This document shows positions 41,373 through 50,376 of a stretch of 64,000 nt of DNA, one piece after another; the first letter of the stretch is position 1; every line of letters begins with the position of its first letter. Location of the stretch: NCBI GenBank assembly GCA_963629785.1, contig CAVGJZ010000008.1:6938-70937 (forward strand). Reading direction: 5' to 3'. The stretch comes from Oscillibacter sp. MSJ-31. GTDB lineage: Bacteria; Bacteroidota; Bacteroidia; Bacteroidales; Bacteroidaceae. A program made the translations under genes and the position numbers. The notes beneath the pieces were generated by a model. It had not been told where the DNA came from and did no database searches. It was given only the letters and a program-made list of their open reading frames with translations.

Positions 41373-41491
41373 TTCGGTTGTTACCTGTTTTTCTTCCGCG
41401 ACGACACCCAAACGCACACACATTGCACCACGCTTCGAGCGCCATGCACCATGCCCCGTACGTGTGTACGCCGCGGCTACCTTTTACTAAA

Positions 41492-41589
41492 TAAGGGGAA
41501 AATCCTAATGTCGTTACCTACGCCGGCATTACCCGGATCAGGCATATTGGGTCTAATCTCAGCACCCGCAAAAGCGGCAGCACCCCTTA
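41492..41589 (-). promoter_or_regulatory. TPP (THI-box) riboswitch aptamer
   Basis: The minus strand reads TAAGGGGTGCTGCCGCTTTTGCGGGTGCTGAGATTAGACCCAATATGCCTGATCCGGGTAATGCCGGCGTAGGTAACGACATTAGGATTTTCCCCTTA. P1 is TAAGGGG/CCCCTTA, and the CTGAGA and CTGATCCGGGTAATGCCGGCGTAGG hallmarks are present. A TACCTTTG (TAnnTTTG) -7-like box lies at 41612-41619. Confidence 0.9.
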
Positions 41590-41726
41590 GTTGGCATTTT
41601 GCCAACCGCTTGCAAAGGTAGCGCATTATGCCGACATGGCAAAATTTTTCAGCGCAAATCGGCGTTTCGCCGATATTTCCTGCCTATTTCCCTGTCGTAA
41701 AGCATTGCTTTGTCTGTCTTACACCA

Positions 41727-41830
41727 CTTGCCATACGACCGTATGCCCCTTGCCGTACGACCGTATGCCCCTTGCCGTACGATTGTATGCCTCTTGCCAA
41801 ACAATCGTACGGCAAGAGGCATAAGGCAAG
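41727..41830. repeat. Three direct 22-bp repeats (CTTGCCGTACGACCGTATGCCC type) followed by an inverted partial unit that forms a 13-bp hairpin
   Basis: Units lie at 41727, 41749 and 41771. The hairpin pairs TATGCCTCTTGCC (41786-41798) with GGCAAGAGGCATA (41811-41823) around a 12-nt loop. Confidence 0.85.
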
Positions 41831-41910
41831 CAAAGCGGTGCTTCGCCGATGGCGGACGCATAAGATATACGCTTCGCCTTGGGATTATAGCATACAAAAC
41901 CAACGGCAAA

Positions 41911-42276
41911 TATAGGTATAGGCATTTAGGGCATATATACAAAATGTTTTACAAATAAGACATTTGGAACACTTTGTTTTGGGGTCTGATTTTAAGGAGC
42001 AGTGCTTTTCGGGGAGGAAACGATAGCTTTGCTCCCCGAAAAGCTATCGTTTTCGCCGAGATTTTGGGGTATCGTTTTTTAGGATGTATATATTATGCTG
42101 ATTATCAATATTTTGCATTTACCCTAAAAGAACAGTACAATCCTGTTAAAATTCAGGTAAGTCCCACATCGGCAAAATGCGACATTTGGAACACTTTTCA
42201 AATAACACACAAAGGGCATATAACAACACCTTAAACAGAGCATTTTGTGAGTGCGCCCTAAATGCCTATACCTATA
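41911..42276 (+). mobile_element. Copy B of the TIR-bounded palindromic element (MITE-like), reference copy
   Basis: Perfect 22-bp terminal inverted repeats TATAGGTATAGGCATTTAGGGC / GCCCTAAATGCCTATACCTATA. It also carries the internal GACATTTGGAACAC direct repeats and a cruciform core. Confidence 0.6.
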
Positions 42277-42343
42277 AAAAATGTTGCCGAGCAATATTTT
42301 GCATGGCAACACTTTGTTTATTTTCGTTTTCACCGTGAAGGAA

Positions 42344-42850
42344 TCAGTCTTCATCGTTTTCCGCATCACTCTCGTCATCCCCGGCAGGCTCATCGCAGAT
42401 GGGCAGCTGACGGTTGAACGCCGAATTGAAGGATATAATCGTCTCGCTGCGCGACAAGCCGAGGGGCTGCAGACGGTCGTGAATAATATTGAGCAGATGA
42501 TGATTGTTCTGAGCGTAAATCTTGATGAACATGTCGTAGTCTCCCGTGGTATAATGACACTCCACCACTTCGGGTATGCGCCTCAGCTCTTCCACCGCCT
42601 CGTCGAAATTCTCGGGATGCTTCAGGTTAAGCCCAACGTAGGCGCAGGTTTCGTAGCCTATCTTTTCGGGGTCGATGATAAACTTTGACCCCTTGATTAC
42701 TCCAAGGTTGGTGAGTTTCTGAATGCGCTGGTGTATTGCCGCTCCGCTCACGTTGCAGGCTCTCGCCACCTCAAGAAAGGGAATGCGCGCGTCTTCGGCT
42801 ATCAACCTCAAGATTTTCTTGTCTAATGAATCCAAACTATGATGTGCCAT
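42344..42850 (-). CDS. Lrp/AsnC family transcriptional regulator with an acidic C-terminal tail
   Basis: LDKKILRLIAEDARIPFLEVARACNVSGAAIHQRIQKL followed by an RAM domain. The tail is DEPAGDDESDAENDED. Confidence 0.88.
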   Translation of the reverse strand: MAHHSLDSLDKKILRLIAEDARIPFLEVARACNVSGAAIHQRIQKLTNLGVIKGSKFIIDPEKIGYETCAYVGLNLKHPENFDEAVEELRRIPEVVECHYTTGDYDMFIKIYAQNNHHLLNIIHDRLQPLGLSRSETIISFNSAFNRQLPICDEPAGDDESDAENDED

Positions 42851-42974
42851 TACTTTTATTGATATATTTATTTGATGCAAAGTTATGGCTTTTCGACGTA
42901 ATACACAATAGTTTGTTAGTCTTAATTGTATTTTTTGTAATAGATTAAAACTTCGCCCAACTCTCTACCGCCAA

Positions 42975-43748
42975 TCACAGATTGAATATGCGACAGGCGT
43001 TCTCCGTCGTGATGCGATTCAGCTCACTCTCGTCTATCCCGTAGACCTCTGCCATTTTCTTGAGCACCAGTGCCACGAATGCGCTCTCGTTCCTCTTGCC
43101 GCGCATGGGCACGGGTGCCATGTACGGCGAGTCGGTCTCAAGCACTACGCGGTCTGCAGGTATGGAGGGAAGCACTTCGGGCAGGTGTGATTTTTTGAAC
43201 GTCAGTACACCGCCAATACCGAGCACGAACTTGTCAAACTCCAGCAGTTGGGCGGCTTCGCGTTCATTGCCCGTAAAGCAGTGAAACACACCGCCACGGC
43301 GGAGGTCTTTCTCGTGACGCTTGAGGATGTGTACCATTTCGTTCTGCGCCTTGCGGCAGTGTATCATCAGCGGAAGGTCGTATTCCGCAGCCCATTCCAC
43401 CTGCGCCTCGAAAGCCTGCAGCTGTTCGTTCTCAAACTCCCGGCTCCAGTAGAAGTCGAGCCCCACCTCGCCGACGGCGACAAAGGGATGCCCCGGCGCA
43501 TCAAGCATGGGTTTCATCTTGTCGAGTGTCTCCCGCCAGCCCGCCTTCACCTCCTCGGGATGAAGTCCTATCATGGGATAGGCGTAGCCCGGATAAGCCC
43601 GGCAAACGGCGAGCACACCGGCCAACGATTTCAAGTCTATTGCAGGCACGAGGATTTTCTCCACCCCGGCATCCTTGGCGCGCTGCACGGCAAGGTCGCG
43701 GTCTTCGTCAAACTCCTCGCCGTCGATATGTGTATGTGTGTCTATCAT
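42975..43748 (-). CDS. TatD family metal-dependent hydrolase
   Basis: MIDTHTHID start, with conserved His/Asp/Glu positions along 257 aa. Confidence 0.9.
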   Translation of the reverse strand: MIDTHTHIDGEEFDEDRDLAVQRAKDAGVEKILVPAIDLKSLAGVLAVCRAYPGYAYPMIGLHPEEVKAGWRETLDKMKPMLDAPGHPFVAVGEVGLDFYWSREFENEQLQAFEAQVEWAAEYDLPLMIHCRKAQNEMVHILKRHEKDLRRGGVFHCFTGNEREAAQLLEFDKFVLGIGGVLTFKKSHLPEVLPSIPADRVVLETDSPYMAPVPMRGKRNESAFVALVLKKMAEVYGIDESELNRITTENACRIFNL

Positions 43749-44452
43749 AATCCCAGTCCTTCCTTTTTCTCTTTTCTGCGGTAATAATATTTCACTCCAA
43801 ATTTCTCACACTCCTCCACACGGTCTATTACCCTGTCGCCCATGAAATGTTGCTCCACCTGATTCCATATCCTCTCGATGAGCCGGTCCACCGACGGCCG
43901 CACATCCTTCAGCTGCCTTTCCATTTCCCGTGTACGTTCCTGAAGCTGGCGGTGTTTTTCGTAAGCCTCGGCGAAGATATCGAGATGCGTACACACCATA
44001 CCCACCGTGGGATTATAGATGGGGCGTCCACCCTGTTTGATGCGTTCCTTCTCGCCCAGAACTATCTTGTCGCCCCATTCCAGCAACTGGTTAATCTGCT
44101 GCACCTGCGGAAGCACGCCAAGGTCTTCGGGCAGGCCATAGAGTGTCATGGCAGTCCGTTTTATCTCTCCACGTTCCACACACATTTTGAGCACCTGCAT
44201 GAAATGGCTCAGGTAAATGGTGGCATTGCGCTGAAGGGGTTCGACACGGGTACGCCCGCGGCTCTGCGCCCTCTTGTCCATATCATACTGTTTCACAAGC
44301 GTGAGCAGACGGTCGTGAAGCGTGCGTGCCTCATTGATGTCTTTCCAGTCTATGAAGCGGTCGCGCGCAGTGTAGATATCATTGTTGTCAAGCAGCTTTT
44401 CCAATGCTGCAAGACGAGATCTGTCGGTTTTCGGAAGTCTTCTGTAGGGCAT
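43745..44452 (-). CDS. Hypothetical helical protein, family not recognised
   Basis: 235-aa ORF with protein-like composition. Its 4-nt overlap with the tatD start suggests translational coupling. Confidence 0.6.
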   Translation of the reverse strand: MPYRRLPKTDRSRLAALEKLLDNNDIYTARDRFIDWKDINEARTLHDRLLTLVKQYDMDKRAQSRGRTRVEPLQRNATIYLSHFMQVLKMCVERGEIKRTAMTLYGLPEDLGVLPQVQQINQLLEWGDKIVLGEKERIKQGGRPIYNPTVGMVCTHLDIFAEAYEKHRQLQERTREMERQLKDVRPSVDRLIERIWNQVEQHFMGDRVIDRVEECEKFGVKYYYRRKEKKEGLGL

Positions 44453-44518
44453 TGCTTTATATTAAATATGGTGGGGATTAAAAAGTCCACATTATGGTAA
44501 TGCAGCACGTGGCGGCTG

Positions 44519-45493
44519 TCATTTTCTGCGGTTCATCATCGCCATGGCATAGTCGAGCAACACCGCCTTGCGGCTCTCGTCCGCGCCCACCCGACTGAGA
44601 TACTGGCGGCTCTCGTCGAAATATTCCGATATTTTCTTCTCTGCAAGACGGTCTATGCCAAGACGGTTGTAAATAGCGGTGACGGCTTCCACCTTTTCCT
44701 TGCGCACGAAATCTCCCGCTTCAATCCAGCGCAGAAGTTCCGCACGCTCAGCCTCGTCGGCACGGTTCCAGGCGTTGATGAGCATATAGGTTTTCTTGTT
44801 GGACACGATGTCGCCGCCTATCGCCTTGCCGAACACCTCCGGGTCGCCGTAGACATCGAGGTAGTCATCCTGAAGCTGAAAGGCAAGTCCCACCTTCTCG
44901 CCGAAACGGTAGAGCAGGTCTGCGTCTTCTTCGGAGGCACCGCCAAGCAATGCGCCCATCTTTAACGCACAGGCAAGGAGCACGCTTGTCTTGAGACGTA
45001 TCATCTCAATATATTCATCCTCAGTAACATCATGGCGGGTCTCAAACTCCATATCAAACTGCTGCCCCTCGCTCACTTCGAGTGCCGTCTCGGTGAAGAG
45101 GTCGAGAGCAGGCTTCAAATACTTGGAATCTACTTTTGCAAGATGCAGATACGCAAGGGAGAGCATCGTGTCGCCGGAAAGGATTGCAGTATTGGCATCC
45201 CATTTCTTGTGTACCGTAGGACGGCCACGGCGCATATCGGCGTTGTCCATAAGGTCGTCATGCAGCAGCGTGTAGTTATGGTAAGTCTCGAGGGCTGCGG
45301 CAGCCGGGAGGGCGGTTTCAACGTCGTCCTTGAAAATATTGTATGCCATGAGAACAAACGACGGACGTATGCGCTTTCCTCCGGCAGAGAGGACATACTT
45401 CACGGGGTCGTAGAGCGACTGCGGCTGGCGGTCGTAAGGCAACGAGTCGATGTAGCGGCTAACGATGCCAAGGATTTCCTTTGATGTCTTCAT
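44519..45493 (-). CDS. Polyprenyl diphosphate synthase (trans-IPPS family)
   Basis: First and second Asp-rich motifs LLHDDLMD and QLQDDYLD. Confidence 0.9.
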   Translation of the reverse strand: MKTSKEILGIVSRYIDSLPYDRQPQSLYDPVKYVLSAGGKRIRPSFVLMAYNIFKDDVETALPAAAALETYHNYTLLHDDLMDNADMRRGRPTVHKKWDANTAILSGDTMLSLAYLHLAKVDSKYLKPALDLFTETALEVSEGQQFDMEFETRHDVTEDEYIEMIRLKTSVLLACALKMGALLGGASEEDADLLYRFGEKVGLAFQLQDDYLDVYGDPEVFGKAIGGDIVSNKKTYMLINAWNRADEAERAELLRWIEAGDFVRKEKVEAVTAIYNRLGIDRLAEKKISEYFDESRQYLSRVGADESRKAVLLDYAMAMMNRRK

Positions 45494-45545
45494 ATATTAT
45501 TCTTTTTCCTCTGAAGGTGGTTATATTAAAAGGTTTTTATAGAAC

Positions 45546-46688
45546 TCACTTGAAACTGTTTACCGCCCTTGCCACCTCGTCCGCCTCGTCGTCGGTCATC
45601 GTCTGGTTGCACGGTATGCTGAGTTCCTGGCGGTGTATCATTTCCGTCACGGGCAGTCCTGTATCAGGTATCACCAGCATACCGTCCGCCAGAGTTTTCC
45701 TGTAACATTCCTGCTGATGGGGCGGAATGGGATAATGCACAAGCGTCTGTATGCCGCAATCAGCAAGATGCCGTTGCAGTGCATCGCGCGAGGCAGCCAG
45801 CAACGGGAAGATGTGGAAAACGTTGTCCGCCCCCTTAATCCCCTCGGCAATCTTCACCACGGGATTGCTGATACCCGCCATGAGGCGTTCCGCCACTTGA
45901 CGCCGCCGGGCGTTGTCGGCATCGAGATACTTGAGTTTCACATCGAGCACGGCAGCCTGTATCTCGTCGATACGGGAGTTTCGCCCCTGCCAATCGAATA
46001 CATACTTGCGTGAAGACCCGTAGTTGCCCAAAGCCCGAACCGTGGCGGCAAGTTCTTCGTCGTCGGTCGTCACAGCCCCGGCGTCACCAAGCGCACCGAG
46101 GTTCTTGCCCGGGTAGAAGCTGTGTCCGGCTGCATCGCCGAGAGCACCTGTACGCCGTCCATTGGGAAAGTCGCCCTCCCGACACACACAGCCGTGCGCC
46201 TGGGCGTTGTCCTCGATGAGTTTAAGGTTGTATTTGCGGCAGATGTCGCCAATACTGCCTGTATATGCGCATTTGCCGTAGAGGTGAACTATCATCACGG
46301 CGCGTGTTCGCGGTGTAACGGCACGCTCTATCAAGGTGTCGTCAATCTGCAGCGTAAGGGCAGAAGGTTCCACGAGCACCGCACGCAATCCGTTCTCCGT
46401 TATGGCGAGGATTGAGGCAATGTATGTGTTTGCCGGTACTATCACCTCGTCGCCGGGCTGCATCACCCCCATCTCCATATATGCACGGATGATGAGTGTC
46501 AGCGCATCGAGACCGTTGCCGCAGCCCACGCAATAGTTAGTTCCGATATATTCAGCATAGTGTCGCTCAAAGGCAGCGGTGAACTCCCCCTGCAGATACC
46601 AGCCGCTTCTTGCCGCCCGTTCCACAGCGTGGAGAATCTCGTCTTCGTGAAGAGACGTAACCTTTTTCAGTTCCGAATATTTAATCAT
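45546..46688 (-). CDS. DegT/DnrJ/EryC1/StrS-family sugar aminotransferase (FdtB/QdtB-like)
   Basis: Fold-type I sugar aminotransferase pattern (GWYLQG, NGLDAL). It shares an operon with a 3,4-ketoisomerase. Confidence 0.88.
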   Translation of the reverse strand: MIKYSELKKVTSLHEDEILHAVERAARSGWYLQGEFTAAFERHYAEYIGTNYCVGCGNGLDALTLIIRAYMEMGVMQPGDEVIVPANTYIASILAITENGLRAVLVEPSALTLQIDDTLIERAVTPRTRAVMIVHLYGKCAYTGSIGDICRKYNLKLIEDNAQAHGCVCREGDFPNGRRTGALGDAAGHSFYPGKNLGALGDAGAVTTDDEELAATVRALGNYGSSRKYVFDWQGRNSRIDEIQAAVLDVKLKYLDADNARRRQVAERLMAGISNPVVKIAEGIKGADNVFHIFPLLAASRDALQRHLADCGIQTLVHYPIPPHQQECYRKTLADGMLVIPDTGLPVTEMIHRQELSIPCNQTMTDDEADEVARAVNSFK

Positions 46689-47611
46689 ATCTCAAACCTG
46701 TATTTTAGCGTTGCCGAGCAACCGATGTTTTCCTTGAATTCACAGAGTCCGAAACTGGGGACTCCGTCTTCCGTGGACGGTCCGATATCGAGTATTCTGA
46801 AGCCGGCATCGCGGTAATGACGGAATACGCAGTATGCAAGCATATTCATGGGGCGCATTGCCGAATACTGCCTTCTGTCGCCCCAATATATCACCTGGGC
46901 CATGCCGTCAGCCACGTGATAAACCTGCGCCGCAGCCACATCATCGTTTTCGTGGCGAAGGATAAAGAAGTCAGCCTCAACGACGTTCGTCACTGTCGCC
47001 CACACCTGCTCGAAACTCATGCGCAACGGATAGCCATGCTCCTCGCGGTTCGCGCGTATCACATTATATGCACGCAGCACGGCATCCTTGTCCGAGGAGT
47101 CCACCTTGACGAAGGTGAAATCTTCTTTCTCTGCCCTGTGCAGGTTCTTGCGTGCGCTGCGGTCTATATTGCCAGTGTAGTTGTCGAAATGCAACAGGGG
47201 GAAATAATAGTTCAGGTCTACCGTGGGCTTAAAGCCTGCAGAAATAAAAGCGTTCACCCATTTTGAAATCTGCGTCTCGCCGTAAATCAACGGCGGGAGC
47301 GTTACGACAAGCCTCTTACCGTGACTGCCGGCATAGTCAGCCACAAGCCTTACCGCCTCCGCCATGTTCTGCAATGTCTGCACGCCTTTTACGTCGAAGC
47401 CACCGAAGGGCGCAGAAAACGGCGACAGAAACTTTCCGTCGCGACAGCCAAGCGTGATGCCGAAGCGGGTCTTGTGGTCGCAAAGCGCAAGGAACTGCAC
47501 ACCGCCCGGGGCTTTCGCCTCGTTGAGAAGAGCGAAGGACGAACCGTTGTAGACATGTGCCGGGGGGAAGAGACCTGCGTATTCAGAAGCGGTAATCTCA
47601 CTTGTCGTCAT
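46685..47611 (-). CDS. FemAB/GNAT-like (Acetyltransf_6-type) acyltransferase
   Basis: 308 aa from MTTSEI with no hexapeptide repeats. The C-terminal [38 protein letters not shown] resembles the FemAB-like GNAT signature. It sits between the isomerase and aminotransferase genes. Confidence 0.6.
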   Translation of the reverse strand: MTTSEITASEYAGLFPPAHVYNGSSFALLNEAKAPGGVQFLALCDHKTRFGITLGCRDGKFLSPFSAPFGGFDVKGVQTLQNMAEAVRLVADYAGSHGKRLVVTLPPLIYGETQISKWVNAFISAGFKPTVDLNYYFPLLHFDNYTGNIDRSARKNLHRAEKEDFTFVKVDSSDKDAVLRAYNVIRANREEHGYPLRMSFEQVWATVTNVVEADFFILRHENDDVAAAQVYHVADGMAQVIYWGDRRQYSAMRPMNMLAYCVFRHYRDAGFRILDIGPSTEDGVPSFGLCEFKENIGCSATLKYRFEI

Positions 47612-47616
47612 AAGCA

Positions 47617-48036
47617 CTACTTCTTGGAAATTTGCGACAGGTACTCTGTAAACTCCTCGTATGTGCCGAGGTAATCGTCCTCCCTGAACACGTCGGACGC
47701 AAGGACAAGACACACGGCGTCCTCAGAGAAATCGGCGAGGTCAGCCCATGTTACAGTGTCGATGAGCAGTCCCTTGTCAGGACTGTCAAGCAGGAATTCC
47801 CTTTTGTCGCTGCCGTCATCGAGTGTCACGCGGAAGCTGCCGCTGACTGGTATTACAAATTGCTTGAGTTCCTTATGGGCGTGTCCACCCCGTCCCTTGC
47901 CGGCAGGAACTCCATACATCCAGAAAGCGCGCTTTATATCGAAAGGCACTTCGTTGAATCCCTCTGCCACAGACAGGTTTCCGCGCTGGTCGCCAATCTT
48001 GGGGAGCTTGGTTATCTTTGTTTCTGAAACTTTCAT
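47617..48036 (-). CDS. WxcM/FdtA-like sugar 3,4-ketoisomerase (cupin)
   Basis: GDQRGNLSVAE...PFDIKRAFWMYGVPAGKGRGGHAHK in a 139-aa protein. Confidence 0.85.
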   Translation of the reverse strand: MKVSETKITKLPKIGDQRGNLSVAEGFNEVPFDIKRAFWMYGVPAGKGRGGHAHKELKQFVIPVSGSFRVTLDDGSDKREFLLDSPDKGLLIDTVTWADLADFSEDAVCLVLASDVFREDDYLGTYEEFTEYLSQISKK

Positions 48037-48064
48037 TTATATGTAATGTCTTAGCCGGTGCATT

Positions 48065-49132
48065 TTATATCCCACCCTTCATGACAGGTTTCCTGAACAA
48101 CCTCTCCTCCACCCTATTCACTGTATATGCGGCGAATACGGTAACGACAAGGCACCACACGAAGAGCAAATACAAGTTCTGATTGTAGTAACCGAATAAC
48201 TTGCCGTAAACGGCGCTGCATAAAGAGATGCTTATCAAGTGAATCATGTATATCTCAAAGCTTATACCTCCAAGCCAAATCATCGCCCACTGACGGAAAA
48301 GGCGCGACAACATTCCTCTGCCGCCTTCGGCAAATGCGAACCAAAGGACAGTGGCAGAGAACGGAAGCCAGAACATCGCCGAGAAGCGTACAGGCATGCA
48401 CACTGACGGATAAGTGCACCATGTGGCAACGCACACCAGCACGATGCAAAATTCTGCAATGGTGGCCTGCACGGTATTCATTGCCGACACTCTGCGGCGA
48501 ATTCTGTCACCCGACGGCGAACTGTAAAGGCGGTACGCAAGAATGCCAATGACAAAGTCTATCACCCTCACCGGCGGAAAGGCATAGACAAATCCGTCAA
48601 TATCGGCATCGCTGAAAAGCCCTACCGATGTATAGGCCACGAGGTAGGCTACGAAGATACAACGAAAACCGGCAGTCCATGTCCTGCGCATAATATTGCG
48701 GTAAAGCCACTGAAACAGGGCATAGCACAAGAAGAGCGGACACAGGAACCACGACACGGCATTGCCGTAAAGGTTACAGTCGGTTGTGAGCAGCCACGTC
48801 TGAAGCATCGCTGCCTGCGCAATGAAATATCCCGGTTCAAAGGGTTTTCCGATATATGCCGCCCATGCCACCGCCGCTATCAGCGCAGCAAGGTGAAGCG
48901 GATACAACTTGCGGAACCTTCTCAGCAGAAATGGTGCGAGTGCCTCCTCCGCACCGCCCTTTTTCCTGCCATGCCCCACGCTAAGCGCAAAACCGCTCAA
49001 CATGAAGAAGAACGCCACTCCCGCATCACCACCATAGGTGAATACATAACTGGCATGCGTCATCCCCGTGTAATGAAACACGAAGATGAGCATGCAGAAA
49101 ACAAAGCGCAGCGACTGAAGGTTCTTTATCAT
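48065..49132 (-). CDS. Acyltransferase-3 family membrane O-acyltransferase
   Basis: About 10 TM segments, N-terminal LRFVFCMLIFVFH and FFFMLSGF. Confidence 0.85.
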   Translation of the reverse strand: MIKNLQSLRFVFCMLIFVFHYTGMTHASYVFTYGGDAGVAFFFMLSGFALSVGHGRKKGGAEEALAPFLLRRFRKLYPLHLAALIAAVAWAAYIGKPFEPGYFIAQAAMLQTWLLTTDCNLYGNAVSWFLCPLFLCYALFQWLYRNIMRRTWTAGFRCIFVAYLVAYTSVGLFSDADIDGFVYAFPPVRVIDFVIGILAYRLYSSPSGDRIRRRVSAMNTVQATIAEFCIVLVCVATWCTYPSVCMPVRFSAMFWLPFSATVLWFAFAEGGRGMLSRLFRQWAMIWLGGISFEIYMIHLISISLCSAVYGKLFGYYNQNLYLLFVWCLVVTVFAAYTVNRVEERLFRKPVMKGGI

Positions 49133-49144
49133 TCTCTCCGGGTG

Positions 49145-50305
49145 CTATCTTATCACTTTTCCGGCGATGCGCTTTGCCTTGTCGCGGAGTTCGCCGGTGT
49201 CAGCGTCTTTGTCGCCGTAGCATAGCACGACACCCATACGCCGTCCTACATGATGTTCATGCTTTCCGAAGATGCGCAGACGGGTGTAGTCCTCAGTCAA
49301 AGCGTTCTCCATGTCATATTCAGGGTCCGTCTCGGCATCATCCTTGGCAAGGACAACGGCACTCGCCCCTGCGTGTTCCAGATGCACGGCAGGTATGGGC
49401 AGTCCCATGACGGCACGGAAATGCAGTTCAAATTCATTCAGGTTGAGCGTATGGCCGAGAGTCACCATTCCCGTGTCATGCGGGCGCGGCGAGAGTTCGG
49501 AGAATATAACCTCCCCCTCTTTCGTAAGGAAGAATTCCACGCCCCATATTCCTGCGCCGGTCAATGCGGCAGTCACCTTGTCCGCCATGTCCTCGGCCTT
49601 TCTCAGTTCATCCTCAGGGATGCAGAACGGCTGCCAGCTCTCGCGGTAGTCGCCGTCTTTCTGAACGTGTCCAATCGGCGGACAAAAGAGAGTGGGACCG
49701 TTTTTCTGTGTCACCGTGAGCAGAGTGAACTCACTGTCGAAATGAATAAACTCCTCGATGATGATTTCCTTCACGTCGCCGCGGCTTCCTTCCATCGCAG
49801 CATTGAAAGCGGTCTCCAATTCATCTGCACTCTTCACCACGCTCTGTCCGTGGCCGGATGACGACATAAGCGGTTTCACGACACACGGGAAACCAATCTC
49901 ACGAGAATGTTCCTTTAGTTCTTCGAGCGTCTTGGCATAGAAATACTTTGCCGTGCGCAATCCCAACTCCTTTGCCGCAAGGTCGCGGATGGCCTTGCGG
50001 TTCATGGTGAAGTTCACTGCACGCGCACTTGGCACCACCTGTATTCCCTCTTTCTCATAACCGAAAAGACGCTCTGTGCGAATCGCCTCTATCTCGGGCA
50101 CGATAATATCCGGGAAATGTTTCTCAACGACACGGTCGAGGGCCTCGCCGTCGAGCATATTAAACACCTCACATTCATCAGCCACCTGCATGGCAGGCGC
50201 ATGGGGGTAACGGTCGCAAGCGATAACATACTGGCCCGCACGCTTGGCAGCGATAACGAATTCCTTGCCCAGTTCGCCGGAGCCCAGAAGCAGTATTTTT
50301 TTCAT
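49145..50305 (-). CDS. purT: Formate-dependent phosphoribosylglycinamide formyltransferase
   Basis: The start [15 protein letters not shown], an ATP-grasp fold, and PurT-like sequence over 386 aa. Confidence 0.9.
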   Translation of the reverse strand: MKKILLLGSGELGKEFVIAAKRAGQYVIACDRYPHAPAMQVADECEVFNMLDGEALDRVVEKHFPDIIVPEIEAIRTERLFGYEKEGIQVVPSARAVNFTMNRKAIRDLAAKELGLRTAKYFYAKTLEELKEHSREIGFPCVVKPLMSSSGHGQSVVKSADELETAFNAAMEGSRGDVKEIIIEEFIHFDSEFTLLTVTQKNGPTLFCPPIGHVQKDGDYRESWQPFCIPEDELRKAEDMADKVTAALTGAGIWGVEFFLTKEGEVIFSELSPRPHDTGMVTLGHTLNLNEFELHFRAVMGLPIPAVHLEHAGASAVVLAKDDAETDPEYDMENALTEDYTRLRIFGKHEHHVGRRMGVVLCYGDKDADTGELRDKAKRIAGKVIR

Positions 50306-50376
50306 ATACGTAGTAGTTATGAAGCGTGTTCTAAAATTCCACGCATGATTAATCTATAAGATACAGACAGTGTTCC

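Noticed and set aside
41974-42234. Conserved peptides encoded inside the repeated element (ORFs 20382-20849, 41974-42234 and 62391-62645, sharing ...PRKAIVFAE...KCDIWNTFQ...)
   Set aside because: The conservation is at nucleotide level and covers palindromes and the inverted core. A 22-bp (non-triplet) indel and the 41-bp inversion change the upstream frame between copies. Starts are non-ATG or inconsistent. The ORFs are most likely by-products of a non-coding repeat.
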